A stretch of 63,839 nucleotides of DNA, the filler included, from Atractiella rhizophila (taxonomy: Eukaryota), in the NCBI GenBank assembly GCA_021432655.1. It is 3 parts of 3 records of this genome, joined end to end, with 100 filler letters (N's around TTAATTAATTAA, not from the genome) between each part and the next. Parts side by side here need not be neighbours in the genome. Positions count along the whole stretch, not along the records: positions 1 to 31,041 come from MU271702.1; 2 more parts are not named here. One strand, given 5' to 3'. The notes under the pieces are model-generated. The model was given only the letters and a program-made list of their open reading frames with translations, was not told the origin of the DNA and searched no databases. Position numbers and translations under genes: made by a program. This document shows, in pieces, positions 12,031 to 24,557 of the stretch (position 1 is the stretch's first letter; every line of letters starts with the position of its first letter).

Positions 12031-14771
12031 CATCCATCCCCATGTTATGGCAGCTATACAAGTTTGTATCCATGCGTGAGTAGAGATGCTGGCACATACT
12101 CTGAGATCGAGACATGTCCATAGGGTCGGTACTTCGACGCTATGTTGAAGAAGAATGTTGGTGGATATGAGAGTAATTCTGCGTGTTGTCACAATTAAGC
12201 TCTTTGTTCGCATTCTGAATGAATGTTGTTGTTGTTCCAACTATTGCATCAAGAATTCAGTACCTGAACATTTGGAAGTGTTCAAATACAAAGGTTAGCC
12301 ACGCTCTGGCTAAGGTAACGCTAGCCAACTCCAGCCAGAGGGTTATCTAACTCCTCTATTCTTCAGCTGCGGCTGTGCAAGCCCTCCTGCCTCAGAATAG
12401 AGTGGTCTGCATCCTGAAGCAACGGACATCCCCCAGATGGCGGACACAGTAGCCTGTAACCGGAGCCCATGACCATGAAATGCTCCAGAAAACCATTCAT
12501 CTTCTGTACCTTGGGTAGCAGTCAGGCGCCCACACTGTGTGATGCCTAAGCTAGTTGTCTCCACTCCTGTCGAAGAGAGATATTGTGAATGCAGGTTGTA
12601 ACGGGAGCGCTGGTCACGAGACTCGAGCGTTGGCGAAACATATCATTTGCTCAGCTCAGCTCAGTCAGCAGAGCACCAAACTCTAGAGAGTGACGACTCA
12701 CGGAAGAAACATCATCAGCGAAAGCGCTGGGGCGACATCCAGCGTGGCGTTAAGGCTGACAGGGAGTCATCAATAAAGAGTTGCACAGAGGAAGTTGGAC
12801 CGCCCCTGAAAGATGTGTTAGTGAATCGAAATGCAGGTGGCAAGCTGGTCAGTGGCAACGAAGGTGGCTCGAGCACGCGGGGCGTGCGAACCAGAGAACA
12901 TAGATCAGTGACGGTGGGACACTGAGCTGAAACACCTAGAGCAGGGGAGGTACCCAACGAGAGTGGAAACCCCGTTGAAAATCAAGATGACATTCAGTGG
13001 TGCGGTCTGTTGTGTAAATAATGTTGGCCATTAAAATGTTCGTAAGACATGAGAAACTGTAGTGGAACCTGCATGTGTAGGTTGCATCTTCCTCATCGTT
13101 GACCAACTCTGTGCAGCAGGCTAATCTCAGGGCAACGGCAAAAGTCTGCTACCAAGGAGATAAGGCGACTGGACTGGGCGGCAGGAACCTGGTTGCAAGA
13201 CTCCATAAAAAATGGGATAAGTCGGTGTTTTTCTCTGCTGCTTTGTTAACCTCAAACAAATGTATTACGTTTGGCTGAGCTCTTGCAAACACATGAGCAG
13301 CAGAAACACAAGAACAGGTGATTATATACATGAGTACATGAGAGCTTGTGGCAAATAGAAACTTCCAGAATGTTCATGAAGAAAGTATTACTAACATTTT
13401 ACACATCTCCAACAGTGGGTCACTCCATCGCTGACGAGAGCAAGAGGTGAGCGAGGTGGCGACTGAGCGTAACAGCAAGTCTCAATGATACTTTTCACAG
13501 CGGTCCCCACAATTGACAGGAACAATAACAGCATTACACCTTGACAGCTTGACGCGTCGAAACATGTAGACTGATGGAACAGATGGGTGAATTTCACGAT
13601 TTAGCGATGAAGAGTGCGGCAAAGACAACTTGATTCCCCTCATGTCATTCTTCAAACCAACCTCCGGCCCAATGCCACGCTTGTCCAACACCTGTAGGAG
13701 ACGTCTGGGTATCACTGTAGGAAGCTTACTTTGATCGCATTCTCCGAAGAAGGAAAAAACCGGTTTTCTTCCTCCTGGATCTTCCCCAGGCTGAGTGCGT
13801 TTGCAGATTTGATGCGTTACAATGATGCCTTCACAAACTGGCATCTATCTCGGGGGTCAGTTGCATCACGTTTAAGAAGGAGACCTGCTTTTACTGCAAT
13901 GTTGTGCTAGGTGTTGGAGTTGTGATGAAAGAACTTTCTTGGGCTTTGAAGGACAAGAAACTCTCCACTAGGCCACTAGTGAGCTGACTAGATGTGGTTG
14001 TTTCTCCTTGTACGCCTTTTCACTCTTATTCCGTCCTTCTATACAATCCTCTCCTTCACTACCTCCTCCCGAACTGCTCCAGGTGGTGAGGTCAGCAACG
14101 AGAAATACAAGACTTGGATAGCTTCTAAGATGGCCAGTCGATGGTCTGGGCTCAATATCATGGCATAGAGGACTGACATGATGCCTGAGTTTGGGCTAGC
14201 TAAATAAAGATTGGCTGGAAGTGTAGAAGAAGATTCTTGGTTCTTGGTGGAACCAACAGTCCCATGACTCAGGTTACCTTTGTTACTTTTTGATCGGTCA
14301 GACAGTACGGTTTCGCTGTTTCGCTGCTGTTTCTGATGACCTTTATTTATTGCTTTTGTTTGAGAAGGATCATAGCGACATGCTGGAGTGGGAAAGTTGG
14401 CTTGGATGGGAATGGAAACAGGACATGGTGCCACCCGTCAGCCTATGATGGATGTAATTGCTTATTCATTAGTGTCAGTCCAAGATCCTTTATGAGTAGG
14501 GCCAAACGGGCCAAAAGGATCCGGTACCAAAGCGAGCAAGTTGTAGGTGATTTTCTTGACTAGTTGAATCCTTTGTGATTGTGTCACTTCTCAGAGAGAA
14601 AACTTCCAACTGCTTCAACGGTTGTCAAGATATATTCTGCGATAGAAAACAGTTGTCCGTCATCAATTCGATGAAGCACTAGAGACCAGAAGTTTCCTGC
14701 TGCATCTGTGAACTATTCAGCCCCACAGGGCATCTGTCAGGGCCGACTCAAAGATATGGGTGAGCATGACG

Positions 14772-15748
14772 TGTGAGGTTGTGTACTGCAAGAACAATGC
14801 TAAGCGGATATCCTGAGCATACATATCATGTACTGTAAGGACAATGTTGAGCGGAAGTTCTGACAGAACAAACTAGGTCTCTCAGTGGTGTCAGGGTTCG
14901 CTTTTGTAGCATAACTCATGTTCCAGAGTATCCTATACTCTAAGATTCATCAGTTCTTGGCATGAGTCATAAGACGCACTTTTCAGCCCTCACACCTCCC
15001 TCACCATACACAATGGAATGAAATGTATTATACCATCATATCCCATATGCTTGCCCCTTTCTGAACCTGCAAGGAAATTTTATTCTGAAACAGTTGAAAA
15101 ATGTGTTTTGTGCTGGACTCGAACCCTGACAACGGTCACAGTAGGGTTCAAGGGGCCATGCCCTTGCAAGTGGGTGAGGGGCCTGAGGGACGAAGGCCGT
15201 TGACACAGTTGTATGGCAAATAGTCTATCAGGCAGGTGGCAAATAGGGTTAAAGGTGGAGTATGCTGGAACATTCTAGAACTTGTGGTTGTCTATGTATA
15301 AATACCAATGGAGTGAGATATCCAGATTGGTTCTCTTAGGATATCCACTCTACTTGGCAGCCTCCCCATTGGTCGCAAGAAGAAGAGTGTTAGCCCTAAC
15401 AAGGGATATTGTCCTTGCCTATATATAAAGGGCTGCACAGCTATAAACAATAACTCTAACTCTATTTAAGATAGTGGATAAAGGTTACTTGATATATAGG
15501 GCAAAAGAGGCAAGGAAACAGAAATGCAAAAATAAAGCAACATAAACATAAATCAGACCTATGGCTTCAATTAGGCTAGAAATAGGTGATTTACCACTGT
15601 GCCATCAGCATCCTTGATGAAATAAAATCACCGATTTTGTATACAATACATATGCTGTGGAAAATAGGTAATCTGGGGGTGATCCTGACACACACGATCA
15701 TCAGGCTTTTATTTGGTCCTTTATAAACCAATTCTTGAAAACAGTTGG
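14772..15748 (+). repeat. Degenerate LTR-like repeat copy 1, interrupted by an insertion at ~14886-15415
   Basis: Starts TGT. 14772-14885 and 15420-15748 align as a diverged direct repeat with 16187-16644 (e.g. shared CACAGCTATAAACAATAACTCTAACTCTATTTAAGATAG). Confidence 0.65.
14889..15131. mobile_element. 243-bp solo LTR or MITE with 12-bp terminal inverted repeats
   Basis: TGTCAGGGTTCG ... CGAACCCTGACA; no clear TSD. A diverged inverted partial copy lies at ~17290-17455. Confidence 0.7.
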
Positions 15749-16186
15749 CTCTGATTATGAATTAGACAGAACAGGTCCTTCTTTAGATGAAGCAGGTAAG
15801 AATAATAGCTCATCTGAGTAATGTGTTCCTATTGTCCCATATTACTAATGATTTGTCCCTTATCATTTTGATATTCTTCTCAAGCAGATCCCATGACTAA
15901 GGGGGATATTGTCAGATTTGCATTTTGTGTAAATTGGGACCTGTTCACCCATTTGTATCTCCCATCGCCGTTTGGCATCTTCCATTACCTGTTTATGTCT
16001 CCTACTGCCCTTTACATCTCCTGTTGTGTATTTGTGCCTCCTCTTACCACTTGGTGCAATTTGTGTTTACTCTCTTATTGACGCCATGTAATCCTATTGT
16101 TGCTTTCTCTTTTTGGTTTGCTTATATGTTTTGTATACTCTCTTCTACATGCCAGGGCAGACGTAATGACGTAGGTGAATGTGATG

Positions 16187-16644
16187 TGTCAGGTCGTATG
16201 CTACAAGGTCAACAAGGACAATGTTAAGCGGAAATCCAGAGAATACATATCACGTACCTACAAGGACAATACCAAGCAGAAATCCTGAGAGAACAAACTG
16301 GGTCTCTCAGGGCATTACCCGTGCCCATATACATAAAGGGCTACACAGCTATAAACAATAACTCTAACTCTATTTAAGATAGAGCATAAAGGTTACTTGA
16401 TATATATGGTAAAAGAGGAGGAGAAACAGAAAGGCAAAAATAAAGCAACATAAACGTGGATCAAAGTCACAGCTACAAATGGGCTAAAAATAGATGGTTT
16501 ACCACTGTGCTATCAGCATCCTCCATGAAATGAAATCATTGATTTTGTATATGACATATATGGTGTGGAAAATGGGGTGATCCTGATACAGGATCATCAG
16601 ACTATTGTTTGGGTCGTTTACAAACCAATTCTTGGAACAGTTGG
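16187..16644 (+). repeat. Degenerate LTR-like repeat copy 2 (uninterrupted)
   Basis: Starts TGTCAGG; colinear with both halves of copy 1. Confidence 0.65.
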
Positions 16645-18599
16645 TGTATATGAATCATACGCTATAGATAATTGGTGATTGGGGAATGAATAGGAGAATT
16701 GGGAGTGATCCTGATACTATACTCTGCGACAGTGTTATTCTCCTTGTATATAGATCAGAAGTAGTAAAGATAACCACAGACATATCACTGATCAGTGACT
16801 ATACTAATGTCGGCCTCAACACATAGCCACGCCAACCTTGTTCGCCATAAGTGAACAGGGCGGAAATGCAATGGAAGATAGTTGGCATTCTGATCACTGA
16901 CTTTGTCATAATACTGCTAACCATCAGGACCAGGCTGGCAACGGTGCTGGCACTGCTTCTGTGGGGCATATACTTGCTGCTCCTGCCAAATCTCATATAT
17001 CAAATGTTGAGGACATGTTAGTTGTATAAGCTGAAAGTGGTGTGGGCAACCCTGCAGCACACCTTTTTGAATGACAGGGAGGGTCACTATCTTCTTACCT
17101 CTGCTGCTGGGCATGAATTCGTGTCTTAGCACCTTTTTTTGCTTGGGACACGGCATAATGATCTACTTGGCCGTCAGAAGCATGCAAGAGGCCATATTTC
17201 ACTTACATGTCAGTGCTTTCCTTCCCTCATGAATGGCAAAAGCCAACTTTTGGTACGTAACCTGAGAAATGATCAAATCGTAAATCGTGAGAACAAACAC
17301 ATTTTTTCAACCCTTCAGAATAAAATTTCCCTTACAGTTCAGAAAGGGGCCAAGCATATAGGTTATGATGATATAATTCATATCATGCTATTGTGCAGGT
17401 ATGAGGGCTCAAAAGTGTGTCCTATGACTCATGCCAAGAACCCAATGTTCTTAGAAGAAAAGATGCGTGAGACCATGCTGACTACCGTTGTTGTATGATG
17501 GGGGCGGGGATCTCCACAGACAATCTCCTTTTGAAACAGGTTGACCGTCTGAACAGTCAGATGAAGGAGTAATCCGCTGGTCCTCAGCACCAGATATTGG
17601 TGGCGACGAGAAGTTCAGCAGCGTTACACCAGCTCATTTGCAGCCTCATGCTGGGAGCAAAAAGGAGATGGACGTATGGGCAAGCAGAGGTAGTTAAGAC
17701 TAGAAGCCCTTAATAGTCTTCAATCATTCTCTTCGCTCGTTCTGCGAGTGTAGTCCATTTCATTTGTGTCATAAGGATCGATGTCCGCTGCTAAGTGCTG
17801 AGACGGTGTTGAACCGTGGAAGGTTATTTACAGTCATCTGCACGGATAGAGCGAGGTCTGGTGAGACCAAATGAGGTTAATAGAATGTTCACGAGATCTT
17901 GACCCACCATCTCCTTTTTAGTGTTGATATCCTTTCTCGCAACCATCTGTTCTCTGCTTTCATGAGATCCAGTTCTTTCTGCCCTTCCAACCATGATATC
18001 ATTTCCCACAAGCCATTGTTCTCTTCCTTGATGGTGTTCAACTCTACGGAAAATGAATGCGAATGCAACCACTGATAGTTAGAGAAATACCTTTGTGCAG
18101 TAAGTCACGAGCATCGGCCATACAACCACTGAGCTGAAGGTGTTCTTAATACCGATCTTAGCTCAAACAAACACGCACCATTTGTTGGCCAAGGTCGCGG
18201 CCACTGGGGATCTTAAGCCCTCCCCTCCGTTCTTGGACCCGATGGTGATTATAAATCGCTGCAGAGGAGATTTGTTGGTGCGCATCGTGTGGTTGTGGGA
18301 ACACATAATGTGACGGTTGGTTCTAAACATGATAGCGTTTCCTCCCGTGTCATCGCAGAAGCGATGGACGCACTCTGTGTGAGTTTTCGAATCCTCGGTG
18401 ATCTCTCACAGCTGCGGAAGAGAAATGGGGATGTGGGTACAGTTGGGGCTAAGACACAGTATGTCACCTTGCCTGCTTTAGTACGAATTGAACACACATT
18501 CGCTGCTTCAGATTGTGGAGTAGGAGTCCTGACTATTTCCCGTCTATGGTGGCGTTTGTTGGTAGCTTGCATAATGCGGTGTTTGCCATTGCGCTGTTT

Positions 18600-18790
18600 C
18601 AATGCATCAACCACGATCTGAAAGAGGTTGATGAAGTTGACCATGTAATAAAGTCCTAGAAGTCTTCATAAGCTTTGCTGAATGACGAACGTTGACATGC
18701 CACAAGCATTGCAAATTCTTTTCCCAGCCTCATCCTTCCTCCACCTACAACTTGTCGAGACCTTACAATTCTCACAACCTTGACCAGTCA
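18600..18790 (-). pseudogene. GATA-type zinc finger (C-X2-C-X17-C-X2-C) in a degenerate gene
   Basis: Minus strand 18776-18700 reads CENCKVSTSCRWRKDEAGKRICNACG. After a short putative GC-AG intron it reads GLYY and, in a shifted frame, LHGQLHQPLS, matching the GATA tail CNACGLY..LHG..RPL. Confidence 0.8.
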
Positions 18791-19106
18791 TAACTGCCAG
18801 CGCTGCAGCACTCGATACATCATCGCTCAGAATGGTTCTCGTTGTATAGTCCTGAGAGCAACAGTCTGTCAGTAACGTTTGCCCGACTGGAATAAGTTAC
18901 GTACTGGGGAAGGAAGCAGCGTTGTTAGCGATTCGCTCAGCATTGTCCACACATGAAGATTGACGCACCCATAGCCCTGTTGTTTCCCGTGGTGTGGGAG
19001 GTCCTTCTGAGTCTTCTTTCACTTTGAGGTTTTATTGAATCTTGGTGATGTCCAGCTCGTTCGTCGCGTTCAATAGGACGTCCGAGAGATGCTGCACAAG
19101 GACAAG

Positions 19107-19420
19107 ATGGATCAGACTGCCATTCGGGGCGGGACGCTGGATCAAACGGGAATTCATAACAGATACGCTGGATCAAACCGCCATTCAACCGCTGGATCGA
19201 ACCGGCATTTCTGAACGCTGGATCAAACGGTGGGTTTTCACAAATACGCTGGATCAAGCCATGATCCTGTGTGGGTACGCTGGATGAAACAGGTGATGGA
19301 TGAAAGGGCCATTATTGTGTTGTGTAAGTGGACACTCTCGATCAAACCGTCGCTTCTGTGGATTCGCTGGATCAAAATGGTAATTTAAGATGGATTCGCT
19401 GGATCGCTGGATCAAATGGC
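19107..19420 (+). repeat. Array 3 of the CGCTGGATCAAA core (~9 good plus several degenerate cores, variable spacers)
   Basis: Cores read directly; the spacers differ in both length and sequence. Confidence 0.9.
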
Positions 19421-20252
19421 TATTGATTCGACCAGTCGGTATACGGGACATAACGCTTGACTGGTTTTTGATCCGTTCGGAATGGTCTCTGACACTTCGC
19501 TTCTTGCTATCTCCTTTGAGCACTTGGGGAATGGTCACAGACCAACCGATTGATCTCAAGGATTTTGGATCCATCTGGTCTGTCCCTTTTCCACTTGAAA
19601 GTACGAGTCACTAAAAGGAAAACGAGTAGGGGTCTTTTCACAAAAGTCCTGCGGGGCAATAAATAGGTCGGCGATTCGAGAACTCCTGGTACGAGGAGCT
19701 GTCCCGTTCTGCCTCTCCGTCCATGCTGTGAGGCAACCAAAGACCGTCAAAGCGCTGTTCGAGACCTTGAAACACTCCATTGAGGACGATTTCGTTGCGA
19801 CAGTGTGAAAGCGGCATTGGAAAAACTACTCCAGAGCTATCCAAGGTTTTGGAGGGTGGGAAACGGAGATAAGGAGGTAAAGGGGAGGTACGCGGGCCCG
19901 GTTGCTCAAACCACGACGGAGGAAGAAGGAAGGGTGATAATCTCTTCCATCACACTCGACTCAACATCAAATTCATCTTCATCTGCATCACGAGGTCTAG
20001 CGTCCGCTGATCTAGTGATACAGTTCGGTTGGTGGTGAGGAGAAGAATAGTGGATTCGGAAGACGAGAATATGGAATCTGTTGGGCTTGTGAACGATCTG
20101 GGCACCAGCTAGACCACAATACCAACGGTAACCACAAGGGTCAGACTTCCCCAACACGGAAAGAGGACCATTCATGAAGAATTCGCATGCACAAGGTTTA
20201 ACGATCAGTTTCATGGACACACTGACTCAAACGCGGCAGTCCGTTTCGTGAA

Positions 20253-20484
20253 TACGCTGGATCAAACGGTGGTTTCACGCATAAAAAGGCATCGGTTTCA
20301 TGGGTGCGTTGGATCAAACGGTGGGATTTCACATACGCTGGATCAAAACGGTGGGTTTTCACAAGTACGCTGGATCAAACCGTGGGTTTTCACAAATACG
20401 CTGGATCAAACCGTGGGTTTTCACAAATACGCTGGATCAAATGGAAGTTCACTGTCAGTTTCGTGAATACGCTGGATCAAACGG
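20253..20484 (+). repeat. Array 4 of the TACGCTGGATCAAAC core (7 units)
   Basis: Includes 31-bp units tacgctggatcaaaccgtgggttttcacaaa; followed by ATATAAGAG at ~20498. Confidence 0.95.
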
Positions 20485-20576
20485 CCTTTGCTGGGAGATA
20501 TAAGAGTGGTTCAAAGGAAAGCTGGGATGTGGCAGTCCTCCTTACAGTTCCACTTTGAGCTCGAAGTCTGACCGAC

Positions 20577-21160
20577 ATGGATAGAATGCAAGGTATGTGC
20601 TGACCAGATGCATGTTCATCTATTGATGAGCGCTTGATTAGAAAAACTGAGCATCTCCATGGCTCCTGAAGGAGTCTATGTCTACCCGGTCTCCCCGACT
20701 GGGAGAATCCTACTATTTACCGGGGATAGTCTGAAAACTGGTTTGCTCAACCCGTCCACCACGGGAGATGCTACCTGCTGGAGATATTGTGAGGAGGACG
20801 GCAGATATTTTGCGAGAAATAGAAAATCCGAAGCAAGATGGTACATTTCAATTTTGGCTCCAAGTTAGCAGACTAATGATGTCACCTAATCTCAAAGGTG
20901 GCTTGGTGAGGGCGGAGGCGGGAGAAGTTATGAGAGAAATAAAAGCCCGAGAAATAGAGGCTCAAAACCAAGAAGGTACGTTTCTGTTTCGCTGTCAAGT
21001 TATCAAAGGCTGATGATGTCGCCTGGTTTTAAAAGGTAACTTGGTGAGGGTGGGGCGGCAGAAATTATGGGGAAAATAGAAGCTCAGAACCAAGACGGTA
21101 CGTTTTATTGTCGCTCCCAAGTTAGCGAAGCCTAAGATGTCTCTTTGTCCGAAGTCCTCT
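20577..21160 (+). pseudogene. Small hypothetical multi-exon gene or relic with tandemly triplicated exon+intron units
   Basis: ATG at 20577 (MDRMQ|gtatgt). Three related exons end ..CAAGA(T/A/C)G|gtac, each followed by a related ~57-60-bp intron (20780-21154). The reading frame appears disrupted. Confidence 0.45.
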
Positions 21161-22392
21161 CGTTGAGGGAGACGACGGTTGGAATTGGCGAATGTTGCGT
21201 TTCGTAGCGCCATGATACCTCAATAAATGAGAAGTCACCAAATTCTGGTGAAACTGCGATGGATGATTGATGATTGGGATTTCAGACAGTACGAATGGTA
21301 AATTGAATATACAAAAAAATGCTTCTTTTGTGATTGAGTTCCAGCATTGTGTTTGCAAAGTATTCTAGCACTCGCCAATCTGAATCTTTTAGCCAAATAA
21401 GGAAGTTGAAGGGCAAGAGTCACACTAAGGCGGCTCCGTCCGCTTGTCAATAAATTTCTCGCTGACCACCTGCTTTCTCCCTCAGAGTCGTCCCAACCTG
21501 GTTTTTTTGGTGCATATTTTGTTTCTTCACCTTGCCGAATCCGACAGGTCTTACAGAGTGTTTGGGGACGGCAAGGTTCTCATTTACCTACCCCATTTTG
21601 GCAGGACGCGATTTTTAGCATCCTCGATGTACTCAACCGACAACCGAGGCCCTTTGCAGCCAATTCAAGTTTCCACGACGAGGGGGGGAGCGAGCTCAAA
21701 AAGGCTTTGGGGCCGCAGTTTTTGGGAGATTTGCACGCCAAACTAGTAACCGGGTGAGTTGTTCATCGGTTCGGTTCGGCGCCGCCCGCTCCCGTTTTGC
21801 GATTGGCTGTCCAACTAGTATGAAGGTGAAGGCTTCTCGCGCAAAATGGTTTGGCGCTTCAGTTTTGAGAACAGAACATTTGACCCCCAAAAAACGGGGT
21901 CAAAACAAAAGAAAAAAACTCATCCACGGCATCTGGTTAGGTTTTATCGCCGACAAACGAGAACCAACCTGGAATCCGCTTGAGATGAGCGGTTCGAGGT
22001 TTTCAACCGCGTTCATTTCTGATCTCCAAGGGTTGAAATATGCTGGACCTGCCTCACCCAGGTCTGCCGAAAATGCGGTATCGGCTGTCACACTGTCCTC
22101 TCTGATACCTGTTATGAAAGGCAAAGAGTATGAAGCCTGAAGACTGGAGTTACAGTGCTGCCTATGCAAGTAAATTAATACACCGCGTTCAGCCTCCCTT
22201 CGTTTATCTAGCACGAAGTGCCTTCAACAACGGTGACATTATTAGTTGGAAGAAAGAATAAGGGGGGATTAAGAATGGATTGCAATAAGACTGTGGAAGG
22301 CGATAGGGCGATAGAGCGACAACAACCAAACAGCGATGAAGGTTCTCTGTTCCTCCCAAAAAACTTTAATTCACCACCTGCTCTGCACTAGC

Positions 22393-23453
22393 CTAGTCCC
22401 CAAACCGTCCTGTGATGTTGACGCCTTCTTCATTGACGCCACCCCTGAGTTCCATGCCGCGATCTAAATGGAGTGTATTGTGCTGTTGGATAGAGGGGCT
22501 GGCAGATTCGGGAGGAGGGGATTGGGATTGGGTAAGGATCCCTCGGCTGGCAAAAGGGTTTATCGCCCCCTCAAGAAGAGATAGAAAGAGCACCTAGAGT
22601 AGGCACAACGAGGCCGTTTTTTTGGATTCGCTAATTTCCACCCATCCAGTGGCTGGAGGTCTGCATACATCGTCACTCCTTCTCGTTCGTTGGGAGAAAG
22701 ACTCTTTTCCGTCCTACGGCGGAGCCTCTTCGTTCTGCCACCCCCGCCTTTGAGCCAGACTCGGATTTGCCTGTTGGTCCGCTCAAAGGTCTTCGATGAA
22801 TCATTCAACCGCTCGGGCGCTATTTCTTTTCTCCCCCGCTTAGACCCGTGGTCCCAGATACTACCACTTGGACACCGTTCATCTATGCCGAGCATTACCG
22901 GTTTGGGTTGGGATGGGATCGACGCCGCGACTATCCAAGTCGATGCTTTATCTTGAGGCCGGCCGGCTATTGGAGGCGACTGAGTTGTCGTTTCTCTGAG
23001 CATTCGAAGCTGTCGCTTGCGGTTTCGCACGAGAGTCTCCAGGTCCTGCCTCTTTTTCTCCAAATGCCTCGTCTCCTCCTCTAAACGCTGCGCCTTTGCC
23101 TCTGCAAAAGCTGTCTTACTTTGTTCTTCCGAAAGTCTTGCTTTTAGATAATCGTTTTTCCTACGAAGCTCTTCATTCTCTTCCCACGTTTGACGATGTT
23201 TCATAATCAGCTGGCTGCAGTAACCGTCGCTGGCCTAAATGTTCGTCAGACCAGTCTACCTGCCTTCCGGGCATACCTGTGCTTCATCCTGTGGTCCTTC
23301 CCCAAGGCGTCCACCCCCCAAGTTGTGGCAGCGAAAGGTTGTATCCATGTTAGAATAGATATAGATTTCTGGCACACTTTCAAGCATATCCCAATGCCGA
23401 TGAGCCCAAAGGATGTTCTTGGGAACATGGACAACGCGCCGGCCCATCATCAA
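22393..23453 (-). CDS. Hypothetical coiled-coil protein (spliced or degenerate)
   Basis: 214-aa ORF at 22560-23204 with a heptad-rich N-terminal part (EENEELRRKNDYLKARLSEEQ...) and basic NLS-like stretches. TATAAAAG at 23609-23602 on the minus strand. Confidence 0.45.
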
Positions 23454-23682
23454 ACAAGATTATAAGTATGGCGAGTAACGCACTCGTGTAAACGACTATG
23501 CAAAGTTCCTGTTGGTGCGCTGGGAATTACGGCCTTTCTAGATTTGCTATTGAGCTTCGTGCTTCGGAATCGGTACGATCTCAGAAAGAAATCGATGGCG
23601 ACTTTTATAAACGAAAGGAGCATAAGGCGTGAGGCATTTCCCAGAAATAACCATTTGACGCAGCAGATATGGTTTGATAACC

Positions 23683-23826
23683 GTTTGATCCAGCGCATCC
23701 ATGAAGCCACCGTTCGTTCCAGCATGCACACAGTTTGATCCAGCGTATCCGTAAAGTGATCATTTTGGTCCAGCGTTTGATCCAGCGTGTGCAGAGTTTG
23801 ATCCAGCGTGTGCAGAGTTTGATCCG
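23683..23826 (-). repeat. Array 5 of the CGCTGGATCAAAC core, inverted relative to arrays 1-4 (~6-7 units)
   Basis: The plus strand shows repeated GTTTGATCCAGCG. Confidence 0.9.
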
Positions 23827-24557
23827 CCCATTTATAAAGTATAACGATTTCAACTTTCCAAGTAACAACCTGCATGACCAAGTCTACATTCAACCCTTTT
23901 CCAGCACCGTCTTCGTCTAGCCACCGCCAGCCGCAACATACTTAATAAACATGTGTCCTTTCACCAAGGCTCCCTCATCACCCCAACCACGAATTCGATT
24001 TATTCCCTCCTCCATCCCAGAGGAGTGACAAAATCTCCTTTCCGCGGGATGACTAGTCTGCTCAGAGTGTCTGAGTCTTCAGGGCAGTAGCTTTCAATGC
24101 TACCAGACCAACATTCAAGTTGTTGGTCGAAATTGTCTTCCGAAAGCAGAAGTCAATGAGCCGACTGGACAGAATGGCCTGCTTCCTCTTCATCAGAATG
24201 CTATATGTTCGCTTATTAATAATCAAACAGCTACTACTTTCTTCATCGGTTCCCTTACAGTATGAGCACAATATGGCAACAGCAGTGATTCATCATCACC
24301 ATCGTCTAAGTCATCGCTGGCGCTGATGGACAGTTCATAGGCTTGAGTGCACCAGTCCAGCATGTTCTCCAAACGGAAAAGCAAAAGAAGGAGTGTCAAT
24401 TTCGCTTTACACGGTGCGTTCATGATCCCCAGACCCCCATGATGCTTTGAAAAGTTTACTTAATTCAAGTGAGGAGTACATAACTGCCATGAACTCTCTT
24501 CGCCCAAAGTGACACCGTAGTTCCAGCGATCCAGTGTTGGCTTAAAGCAGCGCTGCC

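Noticed and set aside
13080..13220. SLLHRVGQR*GR resembling SF2 helicase motif VI (AcademH-like)
   Set aside because: No other helicase motifs (Walker A, DExH, GMGID) were recognisable nearby.
19107..19420. CRISPR-like appearance (conserved core with variable spacers)
   Set aside because: The core is only ~13-15 bp, spacers are mostly 10-20 bp and often repeated or related, there are no cas genes, and the context is eukaryotic.
20248..20558. ORFs full of TLDQT / RWIK / YAGSN peptides (also near 7679, 11889, 19042 and 23450)
   Set aside because: These are translation by-products of the DNA arrays. Different frames are open in different arrays and most unit lengths are not multiples of three.
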